Assembly (NCBI GenBank): GCA_045611825.1
Contig: JAZKXW010000053.1
Coordinates: 10,437-74,436, forward strand
Source of the DNA: Faecousia sp.
GTDB lineage: Bacteria > Bacillota > Clostridia > Oscillospirales > Oscillospiraceae
Direction: 5' to 3'
DNA length: 64,000 nucleotides
Below, one piece after another: positions 28,711 through 38,356 of this stretch (position 1 is its first letter; each line of letters opens with the position of its first letter). The translations under genes and the position numbers were made by a program. Under the pieces are notes generated by a model. The model saw only the letters and a program-made list of their open reading frames with translations, was not told the DNA's origin and did not search any database.

Positions 28711-29828
28711 AGAAATTCGAGAGCAGCATTAGTGTCCTCGATGCCGCAAAGACCAGGATTAAAAACCTGTTCGCCAGCGGGTGCAAGGTGTATCTGTCAT
28801 TCTCCTGCGGTAAGGATAGCCTGGTGATGTCAAGTCTGACCTACGACTTGATTATGGCCGGCGAGATCGACCGCAAGCAGCTGACGGTGATATTCGTGGA
28901 CGAAGAAGGTCTGTACAAGTCGATGGTGGATGCAGCCATGCGCTGGCGCAAAAAGTTTATGTCCATCGGCGTTCCGTTCCTGTGGCTCTGCTTGCCGGTG
29001 AAACAGGTGTCGGTACTCGACCATCTGTCGGCATCGGAAAGCTGGATCACCTGGGAGCCCGGGAAAGAGCACATGTGGATCCGGAAGCCGCCACCCTTTG
29101 CGATCTTCCAGCATCCCTGTCTGCACTACCCGGGGGAAATGAACTATCAGACCTTTTGCAAAAAGGCGTTCTCGGATGGTGTGCAGATGATCGGCCTACG
29201 CACGGCTGAGTCGCTGACGAGATTGCAGTGCATTTCCAGAGCAGATCTATCCAAGATCAAACCGGGAGGAGCTTTTTATCCAATCTACGACTGGAAAGAC
29301 AATGATGTTTGGCTCTACATCAAGGAGCGAGGTCTTGTCTTTCCTGAAATATATATGCGCTTGTACGAAGCCGGTGTTCAGCGGAACCAGCTGCGCCTGT
29401 GCTGCTTCTTTGGTGATTGCAGCACGCAAGGCCTGCGGTGGATCGCCGAAACCGACAACGATCTGTGGGAGCGCATTCAGCGCCGGGAGCCTAACGCCTA
29501 TCTCGTACTGCTGTACTGGGATAGCGAAATGTTCCGCAGATCTTCCAACAAGCGCCGGGAACTCGAAAAGGATGAAGAGAAAAAGGACTACTGCGCCCTT
29601 TGTAAAGACATCCTTTTCCTGAACACCGATAAATACACTATTGCATCCGACACAAAGAAGCACCTTAAGGCTTGGCGTGGGCTTTTCACGAAAACCTACG
29701 GCGTTGCCCAGGAAAAGCACTATAAGCGGATGTACGAGGGCCTGTTATACGGAGATCCCAAAATGCGCATACTCCGCATCCTCTGGACCGTGATCTACAC
29801 GGACTACAACACCAAAGGAAGGGGGTGA
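28701..29828 (+). CDS. IbrA/YbdN-like PP-loop (PAPS reductase family) protein
   Basis: SFSCGKDS, FVDEE, WLCLP, W.TW.PGK, IGLR..ES..R, YPIYDW...DVW. Confidence 0.85.
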   Translation: MSVKKFESSISVLDAAKTRIKNLFASGCKVYLSFSCGKDSLVMSSLTYDLIMAGEIDRKQLTVIFVDEEGLYKSMVDAAMRWRKKFMSIGVPFLWLCLPVKQVSVLDHLSASESWITWEPGKEHMWIRKPPPFAIFQHPCLHYPGEMNYQTFCKKAFSDGVQMIGLRTAESLTRLQCISRADLSKIKPGGAFYPIYDWKDNDVWLYIKERGLVFPEIYMRLYEAGVQRNQLRLCCFFGDCSTQGLRWIAETDNDLWERIQRREPNAYLVLLYWDSEMFRRSSNKRRELEKDEEKKDYCALCKDILFLNTDKYTIASDTKKHLKAWRGLFTKTYGVAQEKHYKRMYEGLLYGDPKMRILRILWTVIYTDYNTKGRG

Positions 29829-29832
29829 GCGC

Positions 29833-30357
29833 ATGGCGAATAATGACCTCTTCTCTCCGCTGGCATCTTTGCAGTGGGTGGATCGTACAAAGCTGAAGGC
29901 TAACGACTATAACCCCAATAAGGTTAGCGAGGATAATTTGAAACTGCTGGTGCAGTCGATCCTCACGAACGGTTGGACTTTGCCCATTGTTGTAAGACCT
30001 GACTACACCATCATTGATGGCTTTCATCGTTGGACTGTTTCTGGCCGAGAGCCGCTATATACGAAGCTCGGTGGTAAAGTACCTGTGGTTATCGTGGACC
30101 ATGACGATGAGGCGGACGATGTATACGGTACCATTACCCATAACCGTGCCCGTGGTACACATCTGCTCGAACCTATGAAAGCGATCGTTAAGAAGCTGAT
30201 GGACGAAGGTAAAACTGTTCCGGAGATAGGTAAGCAACTGGGTATGAAGCCCGAGGAAATCTTTAGACTGTCTGACTTCTCTCGTGAAGAGTTCCTGGCT
30301 ATGATGACCAAGGATGTGCAGGGCTACAGCAAAGCTGTGGTGTATCGCTCTACATAG
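29833..30357 (+). CDS. IbrB/YbdM-like ParB-family protein
   Basis: ANDYNPNKV...GWTLPIVV..IIDGFHRW...TITHNRARGTH plus HTH. Confidence 0.88.
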   Translation: MANNDLFSPLASLQWVDRTKLKANDYNPNKVSEDNLKLLVQSILTNGWTLPIVVRPDYTIIDGFHRWTVSGREPLYTKLGGKVPVVIVDHDDEADDVYGTITHNRARGTHLLEPMKAIVKKLMDEGKTVPEIGKQLGMKPEEIFRLSDFSREEFLAMMTKDVQGYSKAVVYRST

Positions 30358-30484
30358 TAGCTGTTGTCGTGTTCGCTGTGAGCCAACGGGCGAAGCACAG
30401 AGAAGCGATAGCTATAAGTCGAGTGTTAACCTTGCTAAGACCGGAGAGGGCTTTGGAGAGCCGCTGAGCGGTGTTGCAACCCGG

Positions 30485-30640
30485 AAAAAGGTACTGTGAC
30501 GGGGTGCCCGGGTTTTGGTGCGGGCTCGTCGACCCCGAAATTCGTTTAGTTAGTAAGGGGAATTTCTACCCGTTTCGTTACACTTTATGTAACACCCCTC
30601 CGGGAACGGCTGGCAAATGACCGGCAAATTACAGGCAAGT
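30485..30640 (+). other. Probable packaging (cos) region
   Basis: Non-coding GC-rich segment upstream of terminase; GGCAAR repeated at 11-bp period (30612, 30623, 30634). Confidence 0.4.
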
Positions 30641-30781
30641 TAACGCACACTTTTCAGCGATCCGTGCGTTATAACACACACAAATCCTCTTTTTTGCGTT
30701 ATTAACGCAGAAAAGTGCGATAAGGGTTTTTCGGTTGGGCATGGCCGAGATCCCCTATGATATCTCCTAATATGACCACAA

Positions 30782-30854
30782 GCAGGTAAGGGTCACGCAG
30801 ACGGTTGCTGGTACCAACCTTATGTGCTCCGGTGCAATTCCGTGTGAGCCTGCG
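30782..30854 (+). ncRNA. Degenerate tRNA-Thr(GGT)-like element
   Basis: gcagg/cctgc acceptor stem; ggttg-CTGGTAC-caacc anticodon arm; cgg-TGCAATT-ccg T-arm; reduced D-arm. Confidence 0.4.
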
Positions 30855-30879
30855 CTAAAAAACGAAAGGAGATTGCTAT

Positions 30880-31446
30880 ATGGCTGGAACAGAAGAAAAG
30901 ATCACGGACGAAACCGAAGTCAATGTTACCGAACTGGCTACGGTGCTGGGTGTGACTGCCCGGCGTGTTCAGCAGATGGGACAGGACGGCACCATTACGG
31001 CGGTGCGCCGTGGCCGCTACCTGCTGTGCGATAGTGTCCAGCGATATATCAATTTCCTTTCCAAGCCTGCTGTCGACGACGAGGATAAAAAGACAGAAAA
31101 GGCCAAGAGGATGGCCGAGGCTCAGATCAAGGCGGCAAAGGCTACCGTCGCAAAGATGGAAGCTGAGGAATTAAAGGGCAATATGCACCGGTCGGAAGAT
31201 GTGGCAGCTATGACGGAAGATCTCATTTTTGCCATCCGGGGTGCGCTCAATGCTCTGCCCGGTAGAGTTGCGGTAGATACCGCCAACGCCACGACCGCTG
31301 CGGAAACTGCCGAGATCATACGCCGGGAAGTCCATAAGGCTATGGGCGAATTGGCGAACTACAAATACGATCCTAAGAAGTACGAAGAAAGAGTGCGTGA
31401 GAGGAGAAGCTGGGCTGCATCGGAGAGTGACGACGATGGCGGTTAG
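30880..31446 (+). CDS. Terminase small subunit (Nu1-like)
   Basis: ELATVLGVTARRVQQ...GRYLL..SVQRYI wHTH plus coiled coil; precedes the large subunit. Confidence 0.85.
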   Translation: MAGTEEKITDETEVNVTELATVLGVTARRVQQMGQDGTITAVRRGRYLLCDSVQRYINFLSKPAVDDEDKKTEKAKRMAEAQIKAAKATVAKMEAEELKGNMHRSEDVAAMTEDLIFAIRGALNALPGRVAVDTANATTAAETAEIIRREVHKAMGELANYKYDPKKYEERVRERRSWAASESDDDGG

Positions 31447-33388
31447 GCACGAAAGATCTGCGGCACAAAAAGAACTGGATGCGCTGCGGCTCAATAAGGC
31501 TATTGCCAAGGCTGTTGCGGGTATGCAACCTCCGGAAGATCTCACCGTAACCGGCTGGGCGGAAGCACACCGGCGACTGTCTGCGGAGAGTGCAGCTGAA
31601 CCCGGTCCGTGGCGTACAGAAAGAACCCCCTACCTCCGGGGGCCTATGGATGCTTTCACTGATCCCAAGGTGAACCACATCGTAGTGTGGGCGGCATCCC
31701 AGGTAGGCAAATCGGAGTTTATGAATAATGCCATCGGCTATATTATTGACCAGGATCCCGGATCGATCCTGTTCATACAGCCGACGACCATTGACGCAAA
31801 GGACTATTCCAAGTTGCGTATCGCTCCTATGATCCGGGATTGCCCCACTCTGAAAAAGAAGGTGGCGGCAACCAAGTCCAGGGACTCCGGCAACACCATT
31901 CTGCAAAAGACATTCCCGGGCGGCATCCTCACTATGTGCGGATCCACGGAAGCGCACGCCCTTTGCTCCAAGCCAATCCGTTATGTATTCGGCGACGAGC
32001 GAGATCGCTGGGCTGTGTCTGCCGGCAACGAAGGCGATCCCTGGGATCTGGCTATGGCTCGTCAGACAACCTTCTACAACGCAAAAGCGGTAGAGGTATC
32101 AACCCCCACCATCAAGGGCGCAAGCGCTATTGCATCTGCTTACGCAACCGGCACTATGGAGCGCTGGAAATCCAAATGCCCCCACTGTGGCGAATACCAC
32201 GAAATCCAGTGGAAAGACATTCGGTACGAGTACGAAGAAAAGGTCGTCGGGGAAAGCAAGGCATTCCTCGTCGGCGAGATCTTCTACATCTGCCCGGGAT
32301 GCGGCTGCATCTCGACTGAGTTTGTTATGAAGCGACAGCCTGCAAAGTGGGTAGCCGATAATCCGGATGCCTACTTAACCGGCTGTCGTTCTTTTAAGCT
32401 GAATGCCTTTGTCAGCCAATGGGCTACTTGGGAGTCAATCATTCAGAAATTCCTAAAGGCTCAAGGCAACTCGAAAAAACTCCAGGTTGTGTACAACACC
32501 TGTTTCGGTGAACTGTGGGAAGATCGCGGCGACATCGAGGACGAGGATAGCTTGCTGGCACGCCGGGAGGAATACCCTGCGGAACTCCCGGACGGAGTAC
32601 TTGTACTGACCTGCGGTGTCGATACACAGGATGATCGTTTGGAATTTGAAGTGGTAGGCCACGGACATTTCGGTGAAACCTGGGGTATCAAGAAAGGCAT
32701 TATTATGGGTCGCCCGGACGACGAAAAGGTGTGGGCGGCGCTGGATGATGTACTGGATCACACATACCGCTTTGAAGACGGTTTGGGTCTGCATATCAGT
32801 ATGACCTTTATCGACGAAGGCGGCCACTTCACGCAGGAAGTCCGTATGCAATGCCGCAACCGTATCAACAAGAAGGTGTTCTGCATAAAGGGTATGCCTG
32901 GACGGGATCGACCTTTCACCGGTCCTCCCAAACAGCAGAAGATCGTTGTGCATCAGACGGCTGTTGGCACCTGCTGGCAATACCAGTTGGGCGTTGACTC
33001 CGGCAAGCAGATCATTATGGACAACATTCGAGTGAAGACGCCGGGTGCGAAATACTGTCATTTCCCACGCCGGGACGATTACGGCCCCGGGTACTTTGCC
33101 GGTCTGCTCTCCGAGCATCTTGTTTATGATGCCGAAAAGAAGCAGCCGTGGATATGGAAAAAGATCCCTGGACACGAACGGAACGAAGTACTCGACTGCC
33201 GCAACTATGCGTTGGCGGCGTTCAAGTCGCTCCCTGTCGATCTTGATGCCGTGGATATGCGTCTAAAGGCACTCCGGGGGAAACGAACCACAGGGGCTGT
33301 TGCAACGGCTCCAAGACCGCAAACAACGCAACCTGCGCCGCCTCGTCAACAGGGCTCGGCGCTGAATAAATACTATGACAGCTGGTGA
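31436..33388 (+). CDS. Terminase large subunit, lambda GpA family
   Basis: WRTERTPYL, ASQVGKSE, GDERD, STPT, GVDTQDDR, RNEVLDC..YA. Confidence 0.95.
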   Translation: MAVRHERSAAQKELDALRLNKAIAKAVAGMQPPEDLTVTGWAEAHRRLSAESAAEPGPWRTERTPYLRGPMDAFTDPKVNHIVVWAASQVGKSEFMNNAIGYIIDQDPGSILFIQPTTIDAKDYSKLRIAPMIRDCPTLKKKVAATKSRDSGNTILQKTFPGGILTMCGSTEAHALCSKPIRYVFGDERDRWAVSAGNEGDPWDLAMARQTTFYNAKAVEVSTPTIKGASAIASAYATGTMERWKSKCPHCGEYHEIQWKDIRYEYEEKVVGESKAFLVGEIFYICPGCGCISTEFVMKRQPAKWVADNPDAYLTGCRSFKLNAFVSQWATWESIIQKFLKAQGNSKKLQVVYNTCFGELWEDRGDIEDEDSLLARREEYPAELPDGVLVLTCGVDTQDDRLEFEVVGHGHFGETWGIKKGIIMGRPDDEKVWAALDDVLDHTYRFEDGLGLHISMTFIDEGGHFTQEVRMQCRNRINKKVFCIKGMPGRDRPFTGPPKQQKIVVHQTAVGTCWQYQLGVDSGKQIIMDNIRVKTPGAKYCHFPRRDDYGPGYFAGLLSEHLVYDAEKKQPWIWKKIPGHERNEVLDCRNYALAAFKSLPVDLDAVDMRLKALRGKRTTGAVATAPRPQTTQPAPPRQQGSALNKYYDSW

Positions 33389-33396
33389 GGTGCATT

Positions 33397-33651
33397 ATGA
33401 AAGCAGAAACTATCCAAAAACGGATCACCTTTTGGGAGGGAACTCTCGAAAAACTGATGACCGCATACGAAGCCCTTGCGGCTGGCGGTACAAAATCCTA
33501 TATGATCGACGATCGGCAAGTAACCAAGATCGATCTGCCGGTACTGCGCCGGGAGATCGACGAGGCGGAAGCCAAGATCGAGGCACTTACCAATGAACTG
33601 AATGGGCAGCGACCCCGAAAGGCGTTCGGCATCATCCCGTCAGACTGGTAA
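33397..33651 (+). CDS. Head-tail joining protein (gpW-like)
   Basis: G.KSY.I.DRQVTK.DL; located between terminase and portal. Confidence 0.75.
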   Translation: MKAETIQKRITFWEGTLEKLMTAYEALAAGGTKSYMIDDRQVTKIDLPVLRREIDEAEAKIEALTNELNGQRPRKAFGIIPSDW

Positions 33652-33811
33652 AAAACGCAACCTAAAAAGGTTGCATTTCCCAAACGCAACCCAAAAGGGT
33701 TGCTTTTTGTTGGGTATTCGCCCGTGAGGGCTTTACCAGAGGGGTCGTAGCTGCCTTCTGCTCCTTTCGCAGCTGCGCCCCTCAAAATACATACTATCGG
33801 AGGCGATAATC

Positions 33812-35425
33812 GTGAGCAATGTAAAAGATCGGCGGGTGTCGGCACCGCAGGTCAGCGGATACAGCGAAGCCGGTGCAAGTCTTACCCGTAGAGCGTTAAA
33901 AGGGTTTATCCCTCGTAGCGGTTCGCCTACGGACGATATTGACAAGAACAACGGAACTCTGCGACAGCGATCCCGAATGCTTTATATGGCAACCCCGGTG
34001 GCGGCTTCGGCGGTCAACACCAACTGTATTAAGGTGGTTGGCACAGGCCTGACCTTGAAGCCCACCATTGACAGAGAACTCCTGGGATTATCCCGGGAGG
34101 AAGCAAAGGCGTGGGGGCGCAGAGTTGAAGCCGAGTGGCGGATTTGGTCCTCGAAGCCTGAGAACTGTGACGCCCTTGGTGTGAACGATTTTGCCGGGCT
34201 CCAGGATCTTGCGCTGAAATCGTGGCTGCTTAGCGGTGATGTGTTTGGTTTGACCAAACGATACCCGGCAAAGCCGTCAAACCCCTACACCCTCCGCTTG
34301 CACCTTATCGAAGCTGACCGGGTAAGTACCCCGGGTAGCTATGGTGGACATCCTATGCTCGGTGTTACCGAGGGTAAGATCCCGGAGGGAAAGCCGGGTG
34401 CAGGCAATAAGATCCACGACGGCATCGAGGTAAATGCCAGCGGTCAGATCGTGGCATATCACATCTGCAACCTGTACCCTGGGCAGGTCTCCAGCGAGAA
34501 GCGGGAGTGGACACGGGTGCTTGCCTTTGGCGAAAAGACCGGCCTGCCCAATGTGCTGCATATCACAAGCACAGACCGCTGCGATCAGTACCGTGGCGTT
34601 CCTTATCTGGCGCCGGTTATCGAACCGCTGCTGCAGCTGCGCCGTTACACGGAAAGCGAACTGATGGCCGCACTGGTGCAGAGTTTCTTCACGGCATGGA
34701 TCGAAACGGAAACCAACCAAAGCGGGATCCCAATTAACGAGGTCGGCACCGGTGATATTGCCGGTGTTCCCGGATCTAACCCTGGGGAGGGGCAAGTTTC
34801 CCAAAGCCAAAACGAGTATGAGATGGCGCCGGGTACGGTGATACATTTGAAACCCGGTGAAAAGATCCATTTTGGCAATCCCAACATTCCCACCACAGGG
34901 TTTGACATCTTCGTTAAAACCCTCTGTAAACTGATGGGCGCTGGCTTGGATCTGCCGTACGATGTGCTGGTCAAGGAGTTCAATTCCAGTTACAGCGCAT
35001 CCCGAGGTGCGCTGTTGGAAGCTTGGGAAGCGATCAGACGGCGCAGATCTTGGCTGGTTAACCGGCTGTGTCAACCCACATACGAAATGTGGCTTGCGGA
35101 AGCTGTTGCCCGGGGGCGCATCAAGGCTCCTGGTTTCTTCGAGGATCCGCTTATCCGTGCCGCATGGTGCAAAGCTGTGTGGATCGGACCTGTGCAGGGG
35201 CAGCTTGACCCCAAGAAGGAAGCAGAATCTGCACTCACCCTCGCAAGCAAGAGTGTCAAGACCTACGAAACCATTACCAGAGAACTGGGCGGTGGCGACT
35301 GGGAGGACAATGTGGAGCAGCGGCAGCATGAACAGGAAATGCTTGACGGTATGAGTGGCGGGAATAATCCCGCACCCGCAAACCCGGTTGATCCGGGCGG
35401 CGATCCCAATAGCGGCTCCGTATAA
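33812..35425 (+). CDS. Portal protein, lambda family
   Basis: LRQRSR.L, LIEADR, QYRGVP.LAPV, SYSASR.ALLE, DPKKE. Confidence 0.95.
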   Translation: MSNVKDRRVSAPQVSGYSEAGASLTRRALKGFIPRSGSPTDDIDKNNGTLRQRSRMLYMATPVAASAVNTNCIKVVGTGLTLKPTIDRELLGLSREEAKAWGRRVEAEWRIWSSKPENCDALGVNDFAGLQDLALKSWLLSGDVFGLTKRYPAKPSNPYTLRLHLIEADRVSTPGSYGGHPMLGVTEGKIPEGKPGAGNKIHDGIEVNASGQIVAYHICNLYPGQVSSEKREWTRVLAFGEKTGLPNVLHITSTDRCDQYRGVPYLAPVIEPLLQLRRYTESELMAALVQSFFTAWIETETNQSGIPINEVGTGDIAGVPGSNPGEGQVSQSQNEYEMAPGTVIHLKPGEKIHFGNPNIPTTGFDIFVKTLCKLMGAGLDLPYDVLVKEFNSSYSASRGALLEAWEAIRRRRSWLVNRLCQPTYEMWLAEAVARGRIKAPGFFEDPLIRAAWCKAVWIGPVQGQLDPKKEAESALTLASKSVKTYETITRELGGGDWEDNVEQRQHEQEMLDGMSGGNNPAPANPVDPGGDPNSGSV

Positions 35426-35436
35426 AGGTGGCCGCT

Positions 35437-35640
35437 ATGAGAAACTACGATCATTTACGGCAACTGGCGCCACGTGCGCTTGCAGAAGCAATTATCAACA
35501 TTTCCGAAAACTGCTGTCTGTGTTGCCCCCGGGAACGGGAGCGGCGGTGTAACGAGGACTGCGAAAGCGGCTTAATGGAATGGCTGTTGTCCAAGTTCAT
35601 TCCGAGCAGCGTTGTTTGGAAAAAGAGGAGGAAAAAGTAA
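35437..35640 (+). CDS. Small Cys-rich protein
   Basis: NYDHLR...CCLCC...C..DC..GL.EWL. Confidence 0.55.
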   Translation: MRNYDHLRQLAPRALAEAIINISENCCLCCPRERERRCNEDCESGLMEWLLSKFIPSSVVWKKRRKK

Positions 35641-35641
35641 T

Positions 35642-36865
35642 ATGAGCATCCCCAAGAGCCCTTGCGTGAGTATTCAACGCAATGTGTATTCGATGGCCAC
35701 AACCGATGGCAACTCTGCCGAGATCGTCATGTATGGCGATATTTACGAGCAGCAGCCCGTAGATTGGTGGACCGGCAAACCTATCGAGGGTCAGTACATT
35801 CTGCTGTCTGACTTCCTGGCAGACTTGGAACAGATCTCCAACTGCAAGGAGATTACCATCCGCATGAACTCCTACGGCGGTGATGCCGGTGTTTCCAACA
35901 CCATCCACAACCGCCTGAGAGAATTGGTAAGAAACGGCGCCAAGCTGACCTGCGTGGTCGACGGCGTTGCAATGTCCGGAGGTTCGTTGATTATGTGCGC
36001 CTGTGATACGGTGCAGGTCAACCCCTCCAGCCTTATTATGATCCACAAGTGCTGGTGCTACATTTGGGGCGGCTACAACGCCGACGAACTGCGCCAGCAG
36101 GCCGATCAGCAGGAAGCATGGGATAAGATGCAGGTTGCTATCTATAAGCGCAAAACCGGTCTGTCGGAAACTGTGCTGTCCCACATGATGGCTGACACGA
36201 CCTATATGACAGGCCGTGAAGCCGTTGAAAAGCATTTTGCCGATGAAGTACTGGAGGACGCAGAACCTGTGTCCATTGCGGCCAGCGCTGATGGCCGTAG
36301 CCTGTTTGTGCGTGGTCGGCAGATGCACATGGCCCCGGGTATGTTTGCCCCGGACCACATTCCCACGGTTACACCCGAGGATCCTACCCCGGATGTGGCA
36401 AATATCAATACGCCGGTGGTCACCGGCAGTCAAGAAGGAGGAATCTCTATGACCGAACAGGAACTCCGGGAACAGTACCCGGACCTTGTGGCACAGGTAG
36501 AGGCGAACGCAAGAGCTGCCGGCAATACCGAAGCTGTATCTGCCGCTGTACAGGCAGAGCAGAAGCGTATTCAGGACATCGACGCCGTAGCCTGCCTGTA
36601 CTCCGAGGAAATGGTGCGTGAAGCCAAGTATGGCGACAAGGCATGCACCGCACAGGAGTTGTGCTACCGGGCTGCACAGGCTGCAGCACAGAAGGGTGGC
36701 AAATTCCTTAACGATCTGGGCGAGGATGCCCAGGCATCCGGCACTGCTGGTGTCGGCGCAGCTGCTCCCCTTGCGAATGAGGGTGGCGAGGAAACCCCGG
36801 AACAGATCCGGGCACAGGCGAAGGCTGATATGAAGGCCTTCCAGGAAAACAAGGAGGTTCGCTGA
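35642..36865 (+). CDS. ClpP-like head maturation protease with scaffold C-terminus
   Basis: NSYGGD, DGVAMSGGSLI, MIH, A.E..FADEV. Confidence 0.92.
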   Translation: MSIPKSPCVSIQRNVYSMATTDGNSAEIVMYGDIYEQQPVDWWTGKPIEGQYILLSDFLADLEQISNCKEITIRMNSYGGDAGVSNTIHNRLRELVRNGAKLTCVVDGVAMSGGSLIMCACDTVQVNPSSLIMIHKCWCYIWGGYNADELRQQADQQEAWDKMQVAIYKRKTGLSETVLSHMMADTTYMTGREAVEKHFADEVLEDAEPVSIAASADGRSLFVRGRQMHMAPGMFAPDHIPTVTPEDPTPDVANINTPVVTGSQEGGISMTEQELREQYPDLVAQVEANARAAGNTEAVSAAVQAEQKRIQDIDAVACLYSEEMVREAKYGDKACTAQELCYRAAQAAAQKGGKFLNDLGEDAQASGTAGVGAAAPLANEGGEETPEQIRAQAKADMKAFQENKEVR

Positions 36866-36866
36866 T

Positions 36867-37235
36867 ATGAACAAAGAACTCGTTTCTAAGGTCGGCAGCA
36901 TCGGTCAGGACAATCTGATCGCAAAGCTGTTTCCCCCTGCAACTACTTTTGGCGTCACCATTCCCACTGGCACCGGTGTTCTGAAAAGAGGTACCGTCCT
37001 GGCTCTGAATGGCGACAAATACGCCCTGCTGAGTGCTGCAACCACCGGTAAGGCAAACTGCGTTCTGGCTGATGATGTGGATGCTTCCGGTGAAGCGGCT
37101 GCTGTCGGTATTGCTTACCGTACCGGTCATTTCAACCGCAAGGCTCTGATCGTTGGCGAGGGCTACACCATGACCATTGCCGATGAAGAGGAACTGCGCA
37201 AGGGCGGTATCCTGCTCACCGACATGGCAGACTAA
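36867..37235 (+). CDS. Head decoration protein
   Basis: LKRGTVL...A.CVLADDVD...Y.TG.FN...L...LR..GI. Confidence 0.85.
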   Translation: MNKELVSKVGSIGQDNLIAKLFPPATTFGVTIPTGTGVLKRGTVLALNGDKYALLSAATTGKANCVLADDVDASGEAAAVGIAYRTGHFNRKALIVGEGYTMTIADEEELRKGGILLTDMAD

Positions 37236-37247
37236 GGAGGTAACACC

Positions 37248-38333
37248 ATGAACATTTACGATACCTACTATATGCTGGCCGCTGTGGAAGAGGTCAAGCC
37301 TGAACACACCTTCTTCAAGCGCCGCTATTTCCCCACTGACCTGGCAATGGATGTCTTTGGCACCTCCCAGGTCCTGGCTGACTACAAGAACACCAACCAG
37401 AAGCGGGCTCCCTTCGTGCTGCCCCGTATCGGTGCTATTCCTGTTGGCCGTGAAGGTTTTGACACCTATGCACTGGAGCCTGCTAACATCAGCATCTCCA
37501 TGCCTCTGACCGTCGATCACCTGAAGAACCGTGGCTTTGGCGAAAGCCTTATGAGCCAGCTGACCCCCGAGGATCGTGCAAAGCGGTTCCTTATGAGCGA
37601 CCTGACCGAGCTGTCTGCCCGGATCTCCCGCTCCGAGGAAGTCTTGGCTGTGAAGACTATGCTGGATAACGGCAGTGTCATGCAGCACCAGACCGACAAG
37701 GAAGGTGTTTACGAGAACATCGGTGTCAAGTTCTACGACGGCGAGGATAACCCCGCTCAGTTCAACCCCACCGGCAACTGGACTCACTCCAAGAAGAACG
37801 CAGACGGTACTTGGACCATGGGCACCTGGTATCACGATGTCTGCGCCATGACGAAGATGCTGACCGGGCGCGGTCTGCCCGCCCGTGATCTGCTGCTGGC
37901 GCAGGATCTGGCTGAGTTTGTCATGCTGGATCCTTGGGTCATGGCTGCTATGGACAATCGCCGCATGGAGATTGGCCGCATCGAGCCTACCGAGCTGACC
38001 GAGTATGTTACCGATTACGGCGTGCTGAACTTTGCCGGCAAGAAGTTGGATCTGCTGGTCTGCGACGGCTCCTACGAGGAAGCCGGTGAGGATGTTCCCT
38101 ATATGCCTGATGGCAGTGTGATCGTCACCGCTCCCGGCTGTGGCAAGGGTCTGTACGGCGGTGTCACTCAGATGGAGAGCGACGGCGAGTTCCATACCTA
38201 CGCTGGTACCCGTGTGCCTCAGCACATCTGGACCATGCGGCCTCCCACAAAGGAAGTGCAGCTGACTTCCCGTCCTCTGTTCGCACCCAAGCGCCTGGCT
38301 CCTTGGTCTTCCGCTAAGGTCACTCTGGGCTAA
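37248..38333 (+). CDS. Major capsid protein E (lambda family)
   Basis: FF..RYFP, APFV.P, SRPL..P; position after the decoration gene. Confidence 0.9.
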   Translation: MNIYDTYYMLAAVEEVKPEHTFFKRRYFPTDLAMDVFGTSQVLADYKNTNQKRAPFVLPRIGAIPVGREGFDTYALEPANISISMPLTVDHLKNRGFGESLMSQLTPEDRAKRFLMSDLTELSARISRSEEVLAVKTMLDNGSVMQHQTDKEGVYENIGVKFYDGEDNPAQFNPTGNWTHSKKNADGTWTMGTWYHDVCAMTKMLTGRGLPARDLLLAQDLAEFVMLDPWVMAAMDNRRMEIGRIEPTELTEYVTDYGVLNFAGKKLDLLVCDGSYEEAGEDVPYMPDGSVIVTAPGCGKGLYGGVTQMESDGEFHTYAGTRVPQHIWTMRPPTKEVQLTSRPLFAPKRLAPWSSAKVTLG

Positions 38334-38356
38334 GGCACAGGAGAAAGGAGCAGTAT

